Origin: the human T2T-CHM13v2.0 reference genome, Homo sapiens
Direction: 5' to 3' (one strand)
DNA length: 64,000 nt
Assembly (NCBI RefSeq): GCF_009914755.1
Contig: NC_060939.1
A model generated the notes under the pieces. That model worked only from the letters and a program-made list of their open reading frames with translations, did no database searches and was not told the origin of the DNA. Shown here piece by piece: positions 1-14,126 of this stretch. The position numbers and the translations under genes are program-made. Each line of letters begins with the position of its first letter. The stretch's first letter is position 1.

Positions 1-164
1 ACAAAAAATTAGCCGGGCGTGGTGGCGGGCGCCTGTAGTCCCAGCTACTCGGGAGACTGAGGCAGGAACCTGGGAGGCAGAGCTTACAGTGAGCCGAGAT
101 CACGCCACTGCACTCCAGCCTGGGCGACAGAGTGAGACTCCGTCTCAAAAAAAAAAAAAAGTGG

Positions 165-318
165 TATCGTGTATATAACTTTCTGAGTACATCTGCCTAG
201 GTTCCAGTGTAATGGACTCCAAATCAGCAGATTTGGGGTGAGGCCCAAGCACCTGCATTGTTTCCAAGGCTCTGCAGGTGATTCAGAAGAAGACCCAGAT
301 TCAGAGCACTGCTCTTGC
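165..318. mobile_element. MER5-like (hAT-Charlie) DNA transposon relic
   Basis: Resembles the MER5 consensus 'aatcagaatct...ggggtggggccc...ctgcatttt...caggtgattc...agaaccactgctct'. Boundaries are approximate. Confidence 0.55.
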
Positions 319-1091
319 ATGACTCATCTGCCTAAACACAGGGCATGTGGGTATCTCTCCAGATACCAATGCCCAGCAGCCCAGGGCACCTACATATCCA
401 GATAGACATAAATTCCTCACTCCTAAGAAAACCAGGCTTACAAGGCGTCAAGGCCCTATAAAGAGGAAAAACCCAGGACGGTCCTTAGAGGCTTCCTTCA
501 GCATGAAAACCAAGTTAAAGCCAGAGCTCATCCTGGGTTGCAGCAAGTCATGGTTGGGCCCAGATTCCCTGCTTGGACCCTCGTGACACAGGGTTACCTG
601 TCAGTTGACTCATGGCTATACACGACTGCCACCAGGGCCTTTGCTCACCGTTATTAAGTTGGCCAGGCAAGGTGGCTCACGCCTGTAATCCCAGTACTCT
701 GGGAGGCCAAGGCGGGTGGATCACGATGTCAGGAGTTGAAGACATGGAGAAACCCCATCTCTACTAAAAATACAAAATTAGCCGGGCGTGGTGGCACATA
801 CCTGTAATCCCAGCTACTCGGGAGGCTGAGGCAGCAGAATCACTTGAACCCGGGAGGCGGAGGTTGTGGCGAGCTGAAATTGCACCATTGCACTACAGCC
901 TGGGCAACAAGAGCAAAACTCCGTCTCAAAAAAGAAAAAAGAAATCAAAGTCAAAGGTCAAGCTCAAAATCACATAGTTTAGTGAAAGGAATAGAACTAG
1001 AACCAGGATCTACTGAGTTAGCCATTATGCTCTACTTTCAGAGGATTAGACAAACCAAAAAAAAAAAAGAAAAAGCCCAAGATTATATTAA

Positions 1092-1966
<875 letters not shown>

Positions 1967-2253
1967 TAACGTGCTGGGATTTCAGGCATGAGCCATCGCG
2001 CCCCGGCCTCCATGCATGATTTTAGAGTGCTGAGTTAACAAAAGGAAAATACCAGTTTCTAACCCTTTAACACAACAATGACGAACAGGTGTTAGAAACA
2101 CTAGGCAGAGCACAGTGCCCTCTAAGAGTCTGTTTTACACAAGTATGCTGGATGTCATTGCTTGGAAGTTTGGGTGTTAGTCCAACAATAGTTGCTTTAA
2201 AGTATCTGTTTTGGAGCCTCCCTAGAGCTTAATGTGTGACCTATCCCTCTCAG

Positions 2254-2347
2254 GGAAGAGCAACGGAAGAAACGCGAGCAAGAACGAAAGGAGAAGAAAG
2301 CAAAGGTTTTGGGAATGCGAAGGGGCCTCATTTTGGCTGAAGATTAA
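2254..2347 (+). CDS. NUSAP1: Last coding exon of nucleolar and spindle-associated protein 1
   Basis: Acceptor ctatccctctcAG|G at 2252-2253. After one phase nucleotide it reads EEQRKKREQERKEKKAKVLGMRRGLILAED-TAA (stop 2345-2347), which matches the human NUSAP1 C-terminus as recalled. Not in the ORF track because it is short. Confidence 0.93.
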
Positions 2348-2937
2348 TAATTTTTTAACATCTTGTAAATATTCCTGTATTCTCAACTTTTTTCCTTTTG
2401 TAAATTTTTTTTTTTTTGCTGTCATCCCCACTTTAGTCACGAGATCTTTTTCTGCTAACTGTTCATAGTCTGTGTAGTGTCCATGGGTTCTTCATGTGCT
2501 ATGATCTCTGAAAAGACGTTATCACCTTAAAGCTCAAATTCTTTGGGATGGTTTTTACTTAAGTCCATTAACAATTCAGGTTTCTAACGAGACCCATCCT
2601 AAAATTCTGTTTCTAGATTTTTAATGTCAAGTTCCCAAGTTCCCCCTGCTGGTTCTAATATTAACAGAACTGCAGTCTTCTGCTAGCCAATAGCATTTAC
2701 CTGATGGCAGCTAGTTATGCAAGCTTCAGGAGAATTTGAACAATAACAAGAATAGGGTAAGCTGGGATAGAAAGGCCACCTCTTCACTCTCTATAGAATA
2801 TAGTAACCTTTATGAAACGGGGCCATATAGTTTGGTTATGACATCAATATTTTACCTAGGTGAAATTGTTTAGGCTTATGTACCTTCGTTCAAATATCCT
2901 CATGTAATTGCCATCTGTCACTCACTATATTCACAAA

Positions 2938-2943
2938 AATAAA
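2938..2943 (+). terminator. NUSAP1: Proximal polyadenylation signal, NUSAP1
   Basis: Canonical AATAAA within the 3'UTR. Confidence 0.6.
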
Positions 2944-3185
2944 ACTCTACAACTCATTCTAACATTGCTTACTTAAAAGCTACATAGCCCTATCGAAATG
3001 CGAGGATTAATGCTTTAATGCTTTTAGAGACAGGGTCTCACTGTGTTGCCCAGGCTGGTCTCAAACTCCACCAAATGTACTTCTTATTCATTTTATGGAA
3101 AAGACTAGGCTTTGCTTAGTATCATGTCCATGTTTCCTTCACCTCAGTGGAGCTTCTGAGTTTTATACTGCTCAAGATCGTCATA

Positions 3186-3191
3186 AATAAA
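3186..3191 (+). terminator. NUSAP1: Distal polyadenylation signal, NUSAP1
   Basis: AATAAA followed by a CA/TA cleavage context and U-rich sequence (ttcattctttgt). Confidence 0.75.
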
Positions 3192-3639
3192 ATTTTTTCT
3201 CATTGTCATAGATTCATTCTTTGTAAACATAAGTCTTCCAAGATTTAGGTGAGCAGCTAGGCTTAACAAGAGTTTATACATACCCTTGGTATGCCCTTTC
3301 CTGACCACTGCTTCCATTCAAAAAAGAAACGGCAGTATGCTTCCTTTATATTCCCAGAGTACCTCTCAGGTTTTATTAAATGCTGTTTTGTATATACGAG
3401 GCTTTAGGACATGGCACACTTCCGGGTACTGGAAACATTCAGATTTTCCTATCAAGGGGAAGAGATCAGATCAATTTTAAAAATTCAGGGTCAAATACAC
3501 ATCTGATGGAAATGTAAAATGTCACAACCACTTTGGAAAACAGTTTGCTAGTTTCTTTGAAAAGTTAACAGTATGTCTACCGTGTAATCTAGCCATGCCA
3601 TTAGGTAGTGAGACCCTATCTGAAAAAAGAAAAAACCAC

Positions 3640-3742
3640 CAGGATCTTACATAGAGAAAATCCTAAGGATTTCACTAAAAAGCTCCTAGAACTAATAAAT
3701 TCAGTAAGGTTGCAACGTACAAGATCAATACCCAACAATTAT
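3640..3742 (+). mobile_element. Old L1 ORF2 fragment; resumes at ~6905 after nested insertions
   Basis: Translates as [16 protein letters not shown], matching the L1 ORF2 RT-region motif [26 protein letters not shown]. The continuation 'atatttccatatactagcaatga' appears at ~6905. Confidence 0.75.
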
Positions 3743-4037
3743 GGCCAGACACAGTGGCTCACACCTGTAATCCCAGCACTTTGGGAGGCCAAGGCAGGCA
3801 GATCACTTGAAGTCAGGAGTTGGAGACCAGCCTGGCCAACGTGGTAAAACCACATCTCTACTAAAAATACAAAAATTAGCCAGGCATGGAGGCGGGCGCC
3901 TGTAATCCCAGCTACTCAGGAGGCTGAGGCAGGAGAATCACTTCAACCCGGGAGGCGGAGGTTGCAATGAGCCAAGATCATGCCACTGCACTCCAGCCAG
4001 GGCAACAGAGTGGGACTCCGTCTTGGAAAAAAAAAAA
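3743..4037 (+). mobile_element. AluS-type element, host of the SVA insertion
   Basis: Full dimeric Alu. TSD aagatcaa(t/g)acccaacaattat at 3721-3742 and 6225-6246. Confidence 0.9.
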
Positions 4038-4044
4038 GATCAAG

Positions 4045-4126
4045 GCCGCCGCGCCGGCGAGCGCCGCCCGGGAGGCAGCGGCTGGAGGAGCGGACGGGCC
4101 CCGCGGGGCCCGAGGGCAAGGAGCAG
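4045..4126 (+). other. 5'-transduced fragment of MAST2 exon 1 within SVA_F1
   Basis: 4046-4126 translates as [27 protein letters not shown], the end of MAST2 exon 1 as recalled. It is spliced at GAGCAG| onto the SVA Alu-like sequence ccgcctgccttggcctcccaaagtgccgag. Confidence 0.9.
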
Positions 4127-4169
4127 CCGCCTGCCTTGGCCTCCCAAAGTGCCGAGATTGCAGCCTCTG

Positions 4170-5692
4170 CCCGGCTGCCACCCCGTCTGGGAAGTGAGGA
4201 GTGTCTCTGCCTGGCCGCCCATCGTCTGGGATGTGAGGAGCCCCTCTGCCTGGCTGCCCAGTCTGGAAAGTGAGGAGCGTCTCCGCCCGGCCGCCATCCC
4301 ATCTAGGAAGTGAGGAGCGCCTCTTCCCAGCCGCCATCACATCTAGGAGTGGGGAGCGTCTCTGCCCGGCCGCCCATCGTCTGAGATGTGGGGAGCGCCT
4401 CTGCCCCGCCGCCCCATCTGGGATGTGAGGAGCGCCTCTGCCCGGCCGAGACCCCGTCTGGGAGGTGAGGAGCGTCTCTGCCCGGCCGCCCCGTCTGAGA
4501 AGTGAGGAGACCCTCTGCCTGGCAACCACCCCGTCTGAGAAGTGAGGAGCCCCTCCGCCCGGCAGCTGCCCCGTCTGAGAAGTGAGGAGCCTCTCCGCCC
4601 GGCAGCCACCCCATCTGGGAAGTGAGGAGCGTCTCCGCCCGGCAGCCACCCCGTCCGGGAGGGAGGTGGGGGGGGTCAGCCCCCCGCCCGGCCAGCCGCC
4701 CCATCCGGGAGGGAGGTGGGGGGTCAGCCCCCCCGCCCGGCCAGCCGTGCCATCCGGGAGGGAGGTGGGGGGGTCAGCCCCCCGCCTGGCCAGCCGTGCC
4801 GTCCGGGAGGGAGGTGGGGGGGTCAGCCCCCCGCCCGGCCAGCCGCCCCGTCCGGGAGGTGAGGGGCGCCTCTGCCCGGCCGCCCCTACTGGGAAGTGAG
4901 GAGCCCCTCAGCCCGGCCAGCCACCCCGTCGGGGAGGGAGATGGGGGGGTCAGCCCCCCCACCCGGCCAGCCGCCCCGTCCGGGAGGGAGGTAGGGGGGT
5001 CAGCCCCCCGCCTGGCCAGCCGCCCCGTCCGGGAGGGAGGTGGGGGGGTCAGCCCTCTGCCCGGCCAGCCGCCCCGTCTGGGAGGTGAGGGGCGCCTCTG
5101 CCCAGCCGCCCCTACTGGGAAGTGAGGAGCCCCTCTGCCCGGCCAGCCGCCCCGTCCGGGAGGGAGGTGGGGGGGTCAGCCCTCCGCCCAGCCAGCCGCC
5201 CCGTCTGGGAGGTGAGGGGCGCCTCTGCCCGGCCGCCCCTACTGGGAAGTGAGGAGCCCCTCTGCCCGGCCAGCCGCCCCGTCCGGGAGGGAGGTGGGGG
5301 GGTCGGCCCCCCGCCCGGCCAGCCGCCCCGTCCGGGAGGGAGGTGGGGGGGTCGGCCCCCCGCCCGGCCAGCCGCCCCGTCCGGGAGGGAGGTGGGGGGG
5401 TCGGCCCCCCTGCCCGGCCAGCCGCCCCGTCCGGGAGGTGAGGGGCGCCTCTGCCCGGCTGCCCCTACTGGGAAGTGAGGAGCCCCTCTGCCCGGCCAGC
5501 CGCCCCGTCCGGGAGGGAGGTGGGGGTGTCAGCCCCCCGCCCGGCCAGCCGCCCCGTCCGGGAGGGAGGTGGGGGGGGTCAGCCCCCCTGCCCGGCCAGC
5601 CGCCCCGTCCGGGAGGTGAGGGGCGCCTCTGCCCGGCCGCGCCTACTGGGAAGTGAGGAGCCCCTCTGCCCGGCCACCACCCCGTCTGGGAG
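4170..5692 (+). repeat. SVA VNTR (GC-rich, roughly 35-50 bp units)
   Basis: Repeating gtgaggagc..ctctgcccggccgcc and ccgtccgggagggaggtggggggg-tcagcccccc units. Confidence 0.9.
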
Positions 5693-6196
5693 GTGTGCCC
5701 AACAGCTCATTGAGAACGGGCCAGGATGACAATGGCGGCTTTGTGGAATAGAAAGGCGGGAAAGGTGGGGAAAAGATTGAGAAATCGGATGGTTGCCGTG
5801 TCTGTGTAGAAAGAAGTAGACATGGGAGACTTTTCATTTTGTTCTGCACTAAGAAAAATTCCTCTGCCTTGGGATCCTGTTGATCTGTGACCTTACCCCC
5901 AACCCTGTGCTCTCTGAAACATGTGCTGTGTCCACTCAGGGTTAAATGGATTAAGGGCGGTGCAAGATGTGCTTTGTTAAACAGATGCTTGAAGGCAGCA
6001 TGCTCGTTAAGAGTCATCACCACTCCCTAATCTCAAGTAATCAGGGACACAAACACTGCGGAAGGCCGCAGGGTCCTCTGCCTAGGAAAACCAGAGACCT
6101 TTGTTCACTTGTTTATCTGCTGACCTTCCCTCCACTATTGTCCCATGACCCTGCCAAATCCCCCTCTGTGAGAAACACCCAAGAATTATCAATAAA
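5693..6196 (+). mobile_element. SINE-R domain of the SVA (derived from HERV-K env/LTR)
   Basis: Typical sequence 'ccaacagctcattgagaacgggcc...tgtagaaagaagtagacatgggagac...gagaaacacccaagaattatcaataaa'. Confidence 0.9.
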
Positions 6197-6471
6197 AAAA
6201 TAAATTAAAAAAAAAAAAAAAAAAAAGATCAAGACCCAACAATTATATTTTTGGCTTTTTTTTTTTTTTTTTTTTTTTTTTTTGAGGCAGAGTCTGTCTC
6301 TGTCACCCAGGCTGGAGTACAGTGGTGCGATCTTGGCTCACTGCAACCTCCACCTCTCCTCGAGTTCAAGCGATACTCTCTATCTCTTGACCTCGTGATG
6401 CGCCAGCCTCAGCCTCCCAAAGTGCTGGGGATCACAGCGGTGAGCCACCGCCCGTGGCCTAATTATTGTGT

Positions 6472-6901
6472 TTTTTTTTAGAGAGACACGGTGTTGGTCT
6501 GTCACCCAGGCTGGTGTGCAGTGGTAAGATTATAGCTCACTATAACCTTGACCTCATGGGCTCAAGGGATCCTCCTACTGCAGCCTCCCAAGTAGCTAAG
6601 TCTACAGGTGTGTGCTACCACACCTGGCTAATTTATTTTATTTTAGTTTTAGAGACAGGGTCTCACTATGTTGCCCAGGCTGGTCTCAGACTCCTGGGCA
6701 AGGGATCCTCCCATCTCAGCCTCCCAAGTAGCTAAGTCTACAGGTGTGTGCTACCACACCTGGCTAATTTATTTTATTTTAGTTTTAGAGACAGGGTCTC
6801 ACTATGTTGCCCAGGCTGGTCTCAAACTCCTGGGCAAGGGATCCTCCTACCTCAGCCTCCCAAAGTGCTGGGATTATAAGTGTGAACCACTGAGCCTGGC
6901 C
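6472..6901 (-). mobile_element. AluJ-like element with an internal 136-bp tandem duplication (trimeric Alu)
   Basis: Units 6581-6716 and 6717-6852 are almost identical and share private substitutions (gctaagtctacagg, aatttattttattttagttttag). Confidence 0.85.
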
Positions 6902-7266
6902 CCCATATTTCCATATACTAGCAATGACTAATAAAAAAAAGAGACAACTGGATACTCAGATGCAAAAAATGAATTTGGACCTTTATACCATACACAAAAG
7001 TTAACTTAAAATTGGTCATAGGGCTGAGCACAGTAGCATATACTACCGTAGTCTCAGATACTTGAGAGGCTGAAGTCAGACGATCACTTTAGCCCAGGAG
7101 ATCAAAGGCTGTGGTGCATTATAAGCACTCCTGTGAATAGCCCCTGTACTTCAACCTGAGCAACAGAGCAAGATCCTATTTCTTAAAAAAAAAAAAAAAA
7201 AAAGAGTGGGCACGGTGGCTCACGCCTGTAATCCCAGCACTTTGGGAGGCCAAGGCAGGTGGATCA

Positions 7267-7523
<257 letters not shown>

Positions 7524-7568
7524 TCACGCCTGTAATCCCAGCACTTTGGGAGGCCGATGGGCAGATCA

Positions 7569-7865
<297 letters not shown>

Positions 7866-8328
7866 TCATGACGTCATGAGTTCAAGACTAGCCTGGCCAA
7901 AATGGTGAAACCCTGTATCTACTAAAAATACAAAAATTAGCCAGGCGTGGTGGTGGGCACCTGTAATCCCAGCTACTCAGGAGGCTAAGGCAGAGAATCA
8001 CTTGAACCTGGGAGGCAGGGAGGTTGCAGTGAGCCGAGATTGTGCCACTACACTCCAGCCTGGTGACAGAGCAAGACTCCGTCACACACACACAAAAATT
8101 AGCCGGGTATGGTTGGCGCATGACTGTAATCCCAGCTACTCAGGAGGCTGAGGCAGGAGAATTGCTTGAACCGGGAGGCAGAGGTTGCAGTGAGCTGAGA
8201 TCACGCCACTGCACTCCAGTTTGGGCCACACAGCAAGACTCCATCTCAAAAAAAGCATAGACCTAAGTGTTAGAACTAAAATTACAAAAGCCTTAGAAGA
8301 AACCATAGGAGTAAGTCTCTGTGATTTA

Positions 8329-8606
<278 letters not shown>

Positions 8607-9116
8607 CTAAATGCAACAGAGTGGTAGAAGGCCATTAACAGTCATCTCAGAGACTCCTGCCTTAGAAACTACTCATATAGGAAATGTTCCTAACAGCAAC
8701 TGTTCTGAGCAAAAACACTAAGTTATTTACATAGTACATTTACATCAGTACTTGCATTCTATGAGATAAAGTACACCAGAGAACCTGGTTTCATGCTGTG
8801 TTCCCCTTATCCAGTCCCTCTTAGCAATAGCCTTTCTTTGTGGGTTTTTTTTTTTTTTTTGAGACAGAGTCTCGCTCTGTGGCCCAAGCTGGAGTGTAGT
8901 GGCGTGATCTCAACTCACTGCAACCTCTGCCTCCGAGTTCAAGCAATTCTCCTGCCTCAGTCTCCCAAATAGCTGGGATTATAGGCATGTGCCACCACAC
9001 CTGGCTAACTTTGGTATTTTTAGTAGAGACGAGGTTTCACCATGCTGGTCAGGCTGGTCTCGAACTCCAGACCTTAAGTGATCCGCCCGTCTCAGCCTCC
9101 CAAAGTGCTGGGATTA

Positions 9117-9493
<377 letters not shown>

Positions 9494-9538
9494 AGAGAAT
9501 ACATACTAGCCATTGGTTGGATGCCATTAAAGAAATAT

Positions 9539-9544
9539 TTTATT
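9539..9544 (-). terminator. NDUFAF1: NDUFAF1 polyadenylation signal
   Basis: tttatt on + is AATAAA on -, ~65 nt after the stop. A second AATAAA overlaps the stop codon (9607-9612). Confidence 0.75.
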
Positions 9545-9607
9545 TTGTCTATATCATTGTAGATGCTAGTACCCTTAGATTAGTAAAACAAAACTACCAT
9601 ATGATCT

Positions 9608-9757
<150 letters not shown>

Positions 9758-9943
9758 CTAAATTTAAAATACAGAAATTGATTAAAATCTCATACAGTGA
9801 CGTACTGAGATTATTCCAGGAGTTTAAAATCCCATCAGGTGATGATTATAACTGGGTTTTAATGCTATCAGCCCTTAGCAAATACTACTAATTCTCCCAT
9901 AGCATACTGTAAGAGGAAATACAAGACTGCTTTTCTTTCCTCA

Positions 9944-10309
<366 letters not shown>

Positions 10310-10611
10310 CTAATGGAGTTCCTTGAAGCGTTCATAAACTCTTATTTTAAAGCTAAATTAGGAGAGAAGGGAGGGGGGAAAATAGCTAAAGTAAAATGTA
10401 GGCATGCTAAAAAATGATCCTTCTAAAATTCCTTCAGGATGGGGGTATGGTTCATAGGAGAGGTCTAAGTCAGCCTCTGGCTGGGTATAAGAGCAGTGGC
10501 CCTGAGAAGAAATATTCATCTGCCAGCCTTCTCAAATGAACTCAGTCTCCCCAGAGTTCCGATTCATTAAAAATGATACAGTTCTGAGTGAAAAATACAG
10601 GAATATGTTAC

Positions 10612-10686
10612 CTTATCAAGCGGAAGCTCATGCTGAACATCCCGGATTCTTCCTCGATTAGAGAAGAAAAATTTGGAAAAAGGAAT
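10612..10686 (-). CDS. NDUFAF1: NDUFAF1 exon 4
   Basis: ttcAG|ATT...AAG|GTAAC. Reads [25 protein letters not shown]; 75 nt, phase 0/0. Confidence 0.95.
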
Positions 10687-11246
10687 CTGAAAGAAGAAAC
10701 CATTTACTTCATAACTGAAATGTAAGCAATTGAGGCATCTGCATGTAATTGTAACGATAAAATGAGTTTACATTTATTCTAAAATTATGTCATATATGTA
10801 TTATGACAAATGGCTAGCCATTTGGATCAAAGATATAACTCAGGCCAAACGATAAAGGGTTAACTATGAAAAAAATATTTGTAACATTTATGGAAAAAAG
10901 ACTAGTATCCTAAACACAGCTTTTTTTTTTTTTTCTTTCTGTGGAGAATGGGGTCTCACTTTGTTGCCTGAACCCGGGAGGTAGAGGTTGCAGTAAGCCA
11001 AGATCACACCACTGCACTTCAGCCTGGGCGATAGAGCTAGATTCTATCTCAGAAAAAAAAGAAAAAAGAATTTTAACGTTTCCCTTCCTTCCTACATTAG
11101 AAACTGAACTAAAAGAAATGTCCTATTCCTTCTACTCTTGAACTTTCAAGTGTGCCTTTTTATTCATCAACTTTATTTTCATATTTCTTCTCTATGTAAT
11201 TTACTTATTATTAAGCACGATCTTTTAAAACTATATCTGGCTTTAA

Positions 11247-11459
<213 letters not shown>

Positions 11460-12726
11460 TAGCCAGGCTGGTCTTAAACTCCTGAGCTCAAGTAATCTGC
11501 CAACCTTGGCCTACAGGTATGAACCACCACACCCTGCCTAAATAATTATACAGAAGCTCTCCAGGATATATTCCTAAATTTTAAAAACACAAAAAACAGG
11601 TACAGAGTATGCTAATTTTATTTATATTTTGAGTTTAACAAAGGAAGAAAATGGCTGGGCCTGGTTGTGCATGCCTGTAATCCCAGCACTTTGGGAGGCC
11701 AACACAATAGGATCAACTGAGCCCAGGAGTTCAAGACCAGCCTGGGAAACACGGTGAAACCAAGACTCTAGTAAAAAAACAAAAAACTTATCCAGCCATG
11801 GTGGTGCATCCTTGTAGTCCTGGCTATTCAGGAGGCTAAGGTGGGAGGATCACCTGAGGCTGGGAGGTTGGGGCTACAGCGAGCCCATGCTGCACTCCAG
11901 CATGGACAACAGAAGAGAGACCCTGTCTCAAATAAGTAAATAAATTTTAATGAACATAAATAAAAATGAATTATACATATTAATAGTTATTCCAGTAATT
12001 TTATCTCTAGGAATATAGCCTATGAAAATAGTTAAGGATGTTTACCTCAGAGTTTGTTCCGACAGTAGAAAACTCTGAAAACAATCTAAATCTACATGTA
12101 CATAATGAAGAACAAGTTAAGAAAAAAAAATTTTTTTTTTTGAGACAGGGTCTTACTCTGTCACCCAGGCTGAAGTGCATGCAGTAGGGTGATCTCAGCT
12201 CACTGCAGCCTTGACCTCCCAGGCTCAAGCAATCCTCCCACCTCAGCCTCCTGAGTAGGTGGGACTAAAGGCACATGCCACCACACTGGGCTAATTTTTG
12301 TATTTTTGTAGAGACAGGGTTTTGCCATGTTGCTCAGGCTTGTCTTAGACTCCTAGCTTCAAATGATTCACTGCCTTAGCCTCCCAAAGTGCTAGGATTA
12401 CAGATGTGAGCCACTGGACCCAGCCAAAATTGTTGTCTACTTATATAATATCATGCAGACATTAAAAATGATGTAGAAATATATTTGAAGAGAAAGTTGT
12501 AAACAATAGTTCAGTGAAAATACTGTATATATGTTATAAAACACCACTGGAAGGGAAAAGTGTGACTAGAAAAGTGTAGAAGATACATATTAAAAATAGT
12601 ATTTTTGTGCCAGGCGCGGTGGCTCACGCCTGTAATCCCAGCACTTTGGGAGGCCAAGGCAGGCGGATCACGAGGTCAGGAGATCAAGACCATTCTGGCT
12701 AACACGGCGAAACCCCGTCTCTACTA

Positions 12727-12909
<183 letters not shown>

Positions 12910-13565
12910 TTATCTGCTGGGTATGGTGGCTCATGCCTGTAATCCCAGCACTTTGGGAGGCCGAGGTGGGCGGATCATGAGGCCAGGAGTTCAAGACCAT
13001 CCTGGCTAACACGGTGAAACCCTGTCTCTACTAAAAATACAAAAAATTAGCTGGGCGTGGTGGTGGGCACCTGCAGTCCCAGCTACTCGGGAGGCTGAGG
13101 CAGAATGGTGTGAACCTGGAAGGCAGAGCTTGCAGTGAGCCGAGATCCCGCCACTGCAGTCCAGCCTGGGCGACAGTGCGAGACTCTGTCTTACAAAAAT
13201 AAAAATAAAATAAAATAAAAATAGTATTTTATCACTGGATAGTGGTAGTACAAGATTTTTTTCTGTACTTCCCAAATTGTTTTTATAATGAAGTAGTTAT
13301 TTTGTATAATAATTCATTATATATATATTACTTAAATACAAGTATATATAATTTGTGTTATATATCTGTATTACTACATATATATGTATGTATTGAGTGC
13401 TTATTTTGTGCTAGGCACTAGGACAAAATTCTAGGTACAGGGGAAACTGGTAGGAACAATATAAGCAAGATCTCTGCTCTCACAGAATTTACAGAATTTA
13501 GGGCCAGGTGTGGTGGCTCAAACGCCTATAATCCCAATACCTTGGGAGGCGAGTCGGGTGGATCA

Positions 13566-13769
<204 letters not shown>

Positions 13770-14126
13770 TTAAAAAAAAAAAAAAAAAGAATTTATATAA
13801 TTTATGTTCCAGGGAAGGCAGTAGAGTGACAATAAACAGATGAATGAATGAACAAAGTAATTTTAGTTAGTGATAAGTTCTATGAAGAAAGTTATAGGAT
13901 GGTGGTGTTGAAATAACTGGATTAGAGGGTCCAACTTTAGTTACAGGAATCAGGAAAGGCCTCTCTGAGGCAACTTTTGAGCCGAGAGGTGAATGACAGG
14001 AAAGAGAAAGCAGGTGAAGACATGGGGGCAGAGCATTACAGCAGAGCAACACTAAGTGCAAAGCTCTGAGATGGAAATGAGGTTGTTAAATCTGACAGAA
14101 AAGGGGCTGGTGTGGAGGAAGGAGGT

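Larger units (their letters stand above)
2348..3210 (+). other. NUSAP1: NUSAP1 3'UTR, including a short antisense Alu fragment at ~3025-3068
   Basis: AT-rich, mostly unique sequence after the stop codon, with two AATAAA hexamers. The 3' end is inferred ~20 nt past the distal signal. Confidence 0.8.
4045..6226 (+). mobile_element. SVA_F1 (MAST2-SVA) retrotransposon, 5'-truncated within the MAST2 leader
   Basis: Order is MAST2-derived leader, residual Alu-like segment, GC-rich VNTR, SINE-R, AATAAA (6191-6196), poly(A). No CCCTCT hexamer. TSD A11-GATCAAG at 4027-4044 and 6216-6233. Confidence 0.95.

Noticed and set aside
347-586. 79-aa ORF and a TATA-like 'ctataaa' in the last NUSAP1 intron
   Set aside because: Non-ATG start, no recognisable homology and no splice or promoter support.
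4170-5692. Regularly spaced repeats resembling a CRISPR array
   Set aside because: No unique spacers, no cas genes, and a eukaryotic context; this is the SVA VNTR.
3943-6203. Many overlapping ORFs in the SVA, including an Alu-MAST2-SVA in-frame fusion (3980-4273)
   Set aside because: These are products of the GC-rich VNTR and SINE-R. The MAST2 fragment lacks its own start codon and promoter, and nothing indicates translation.
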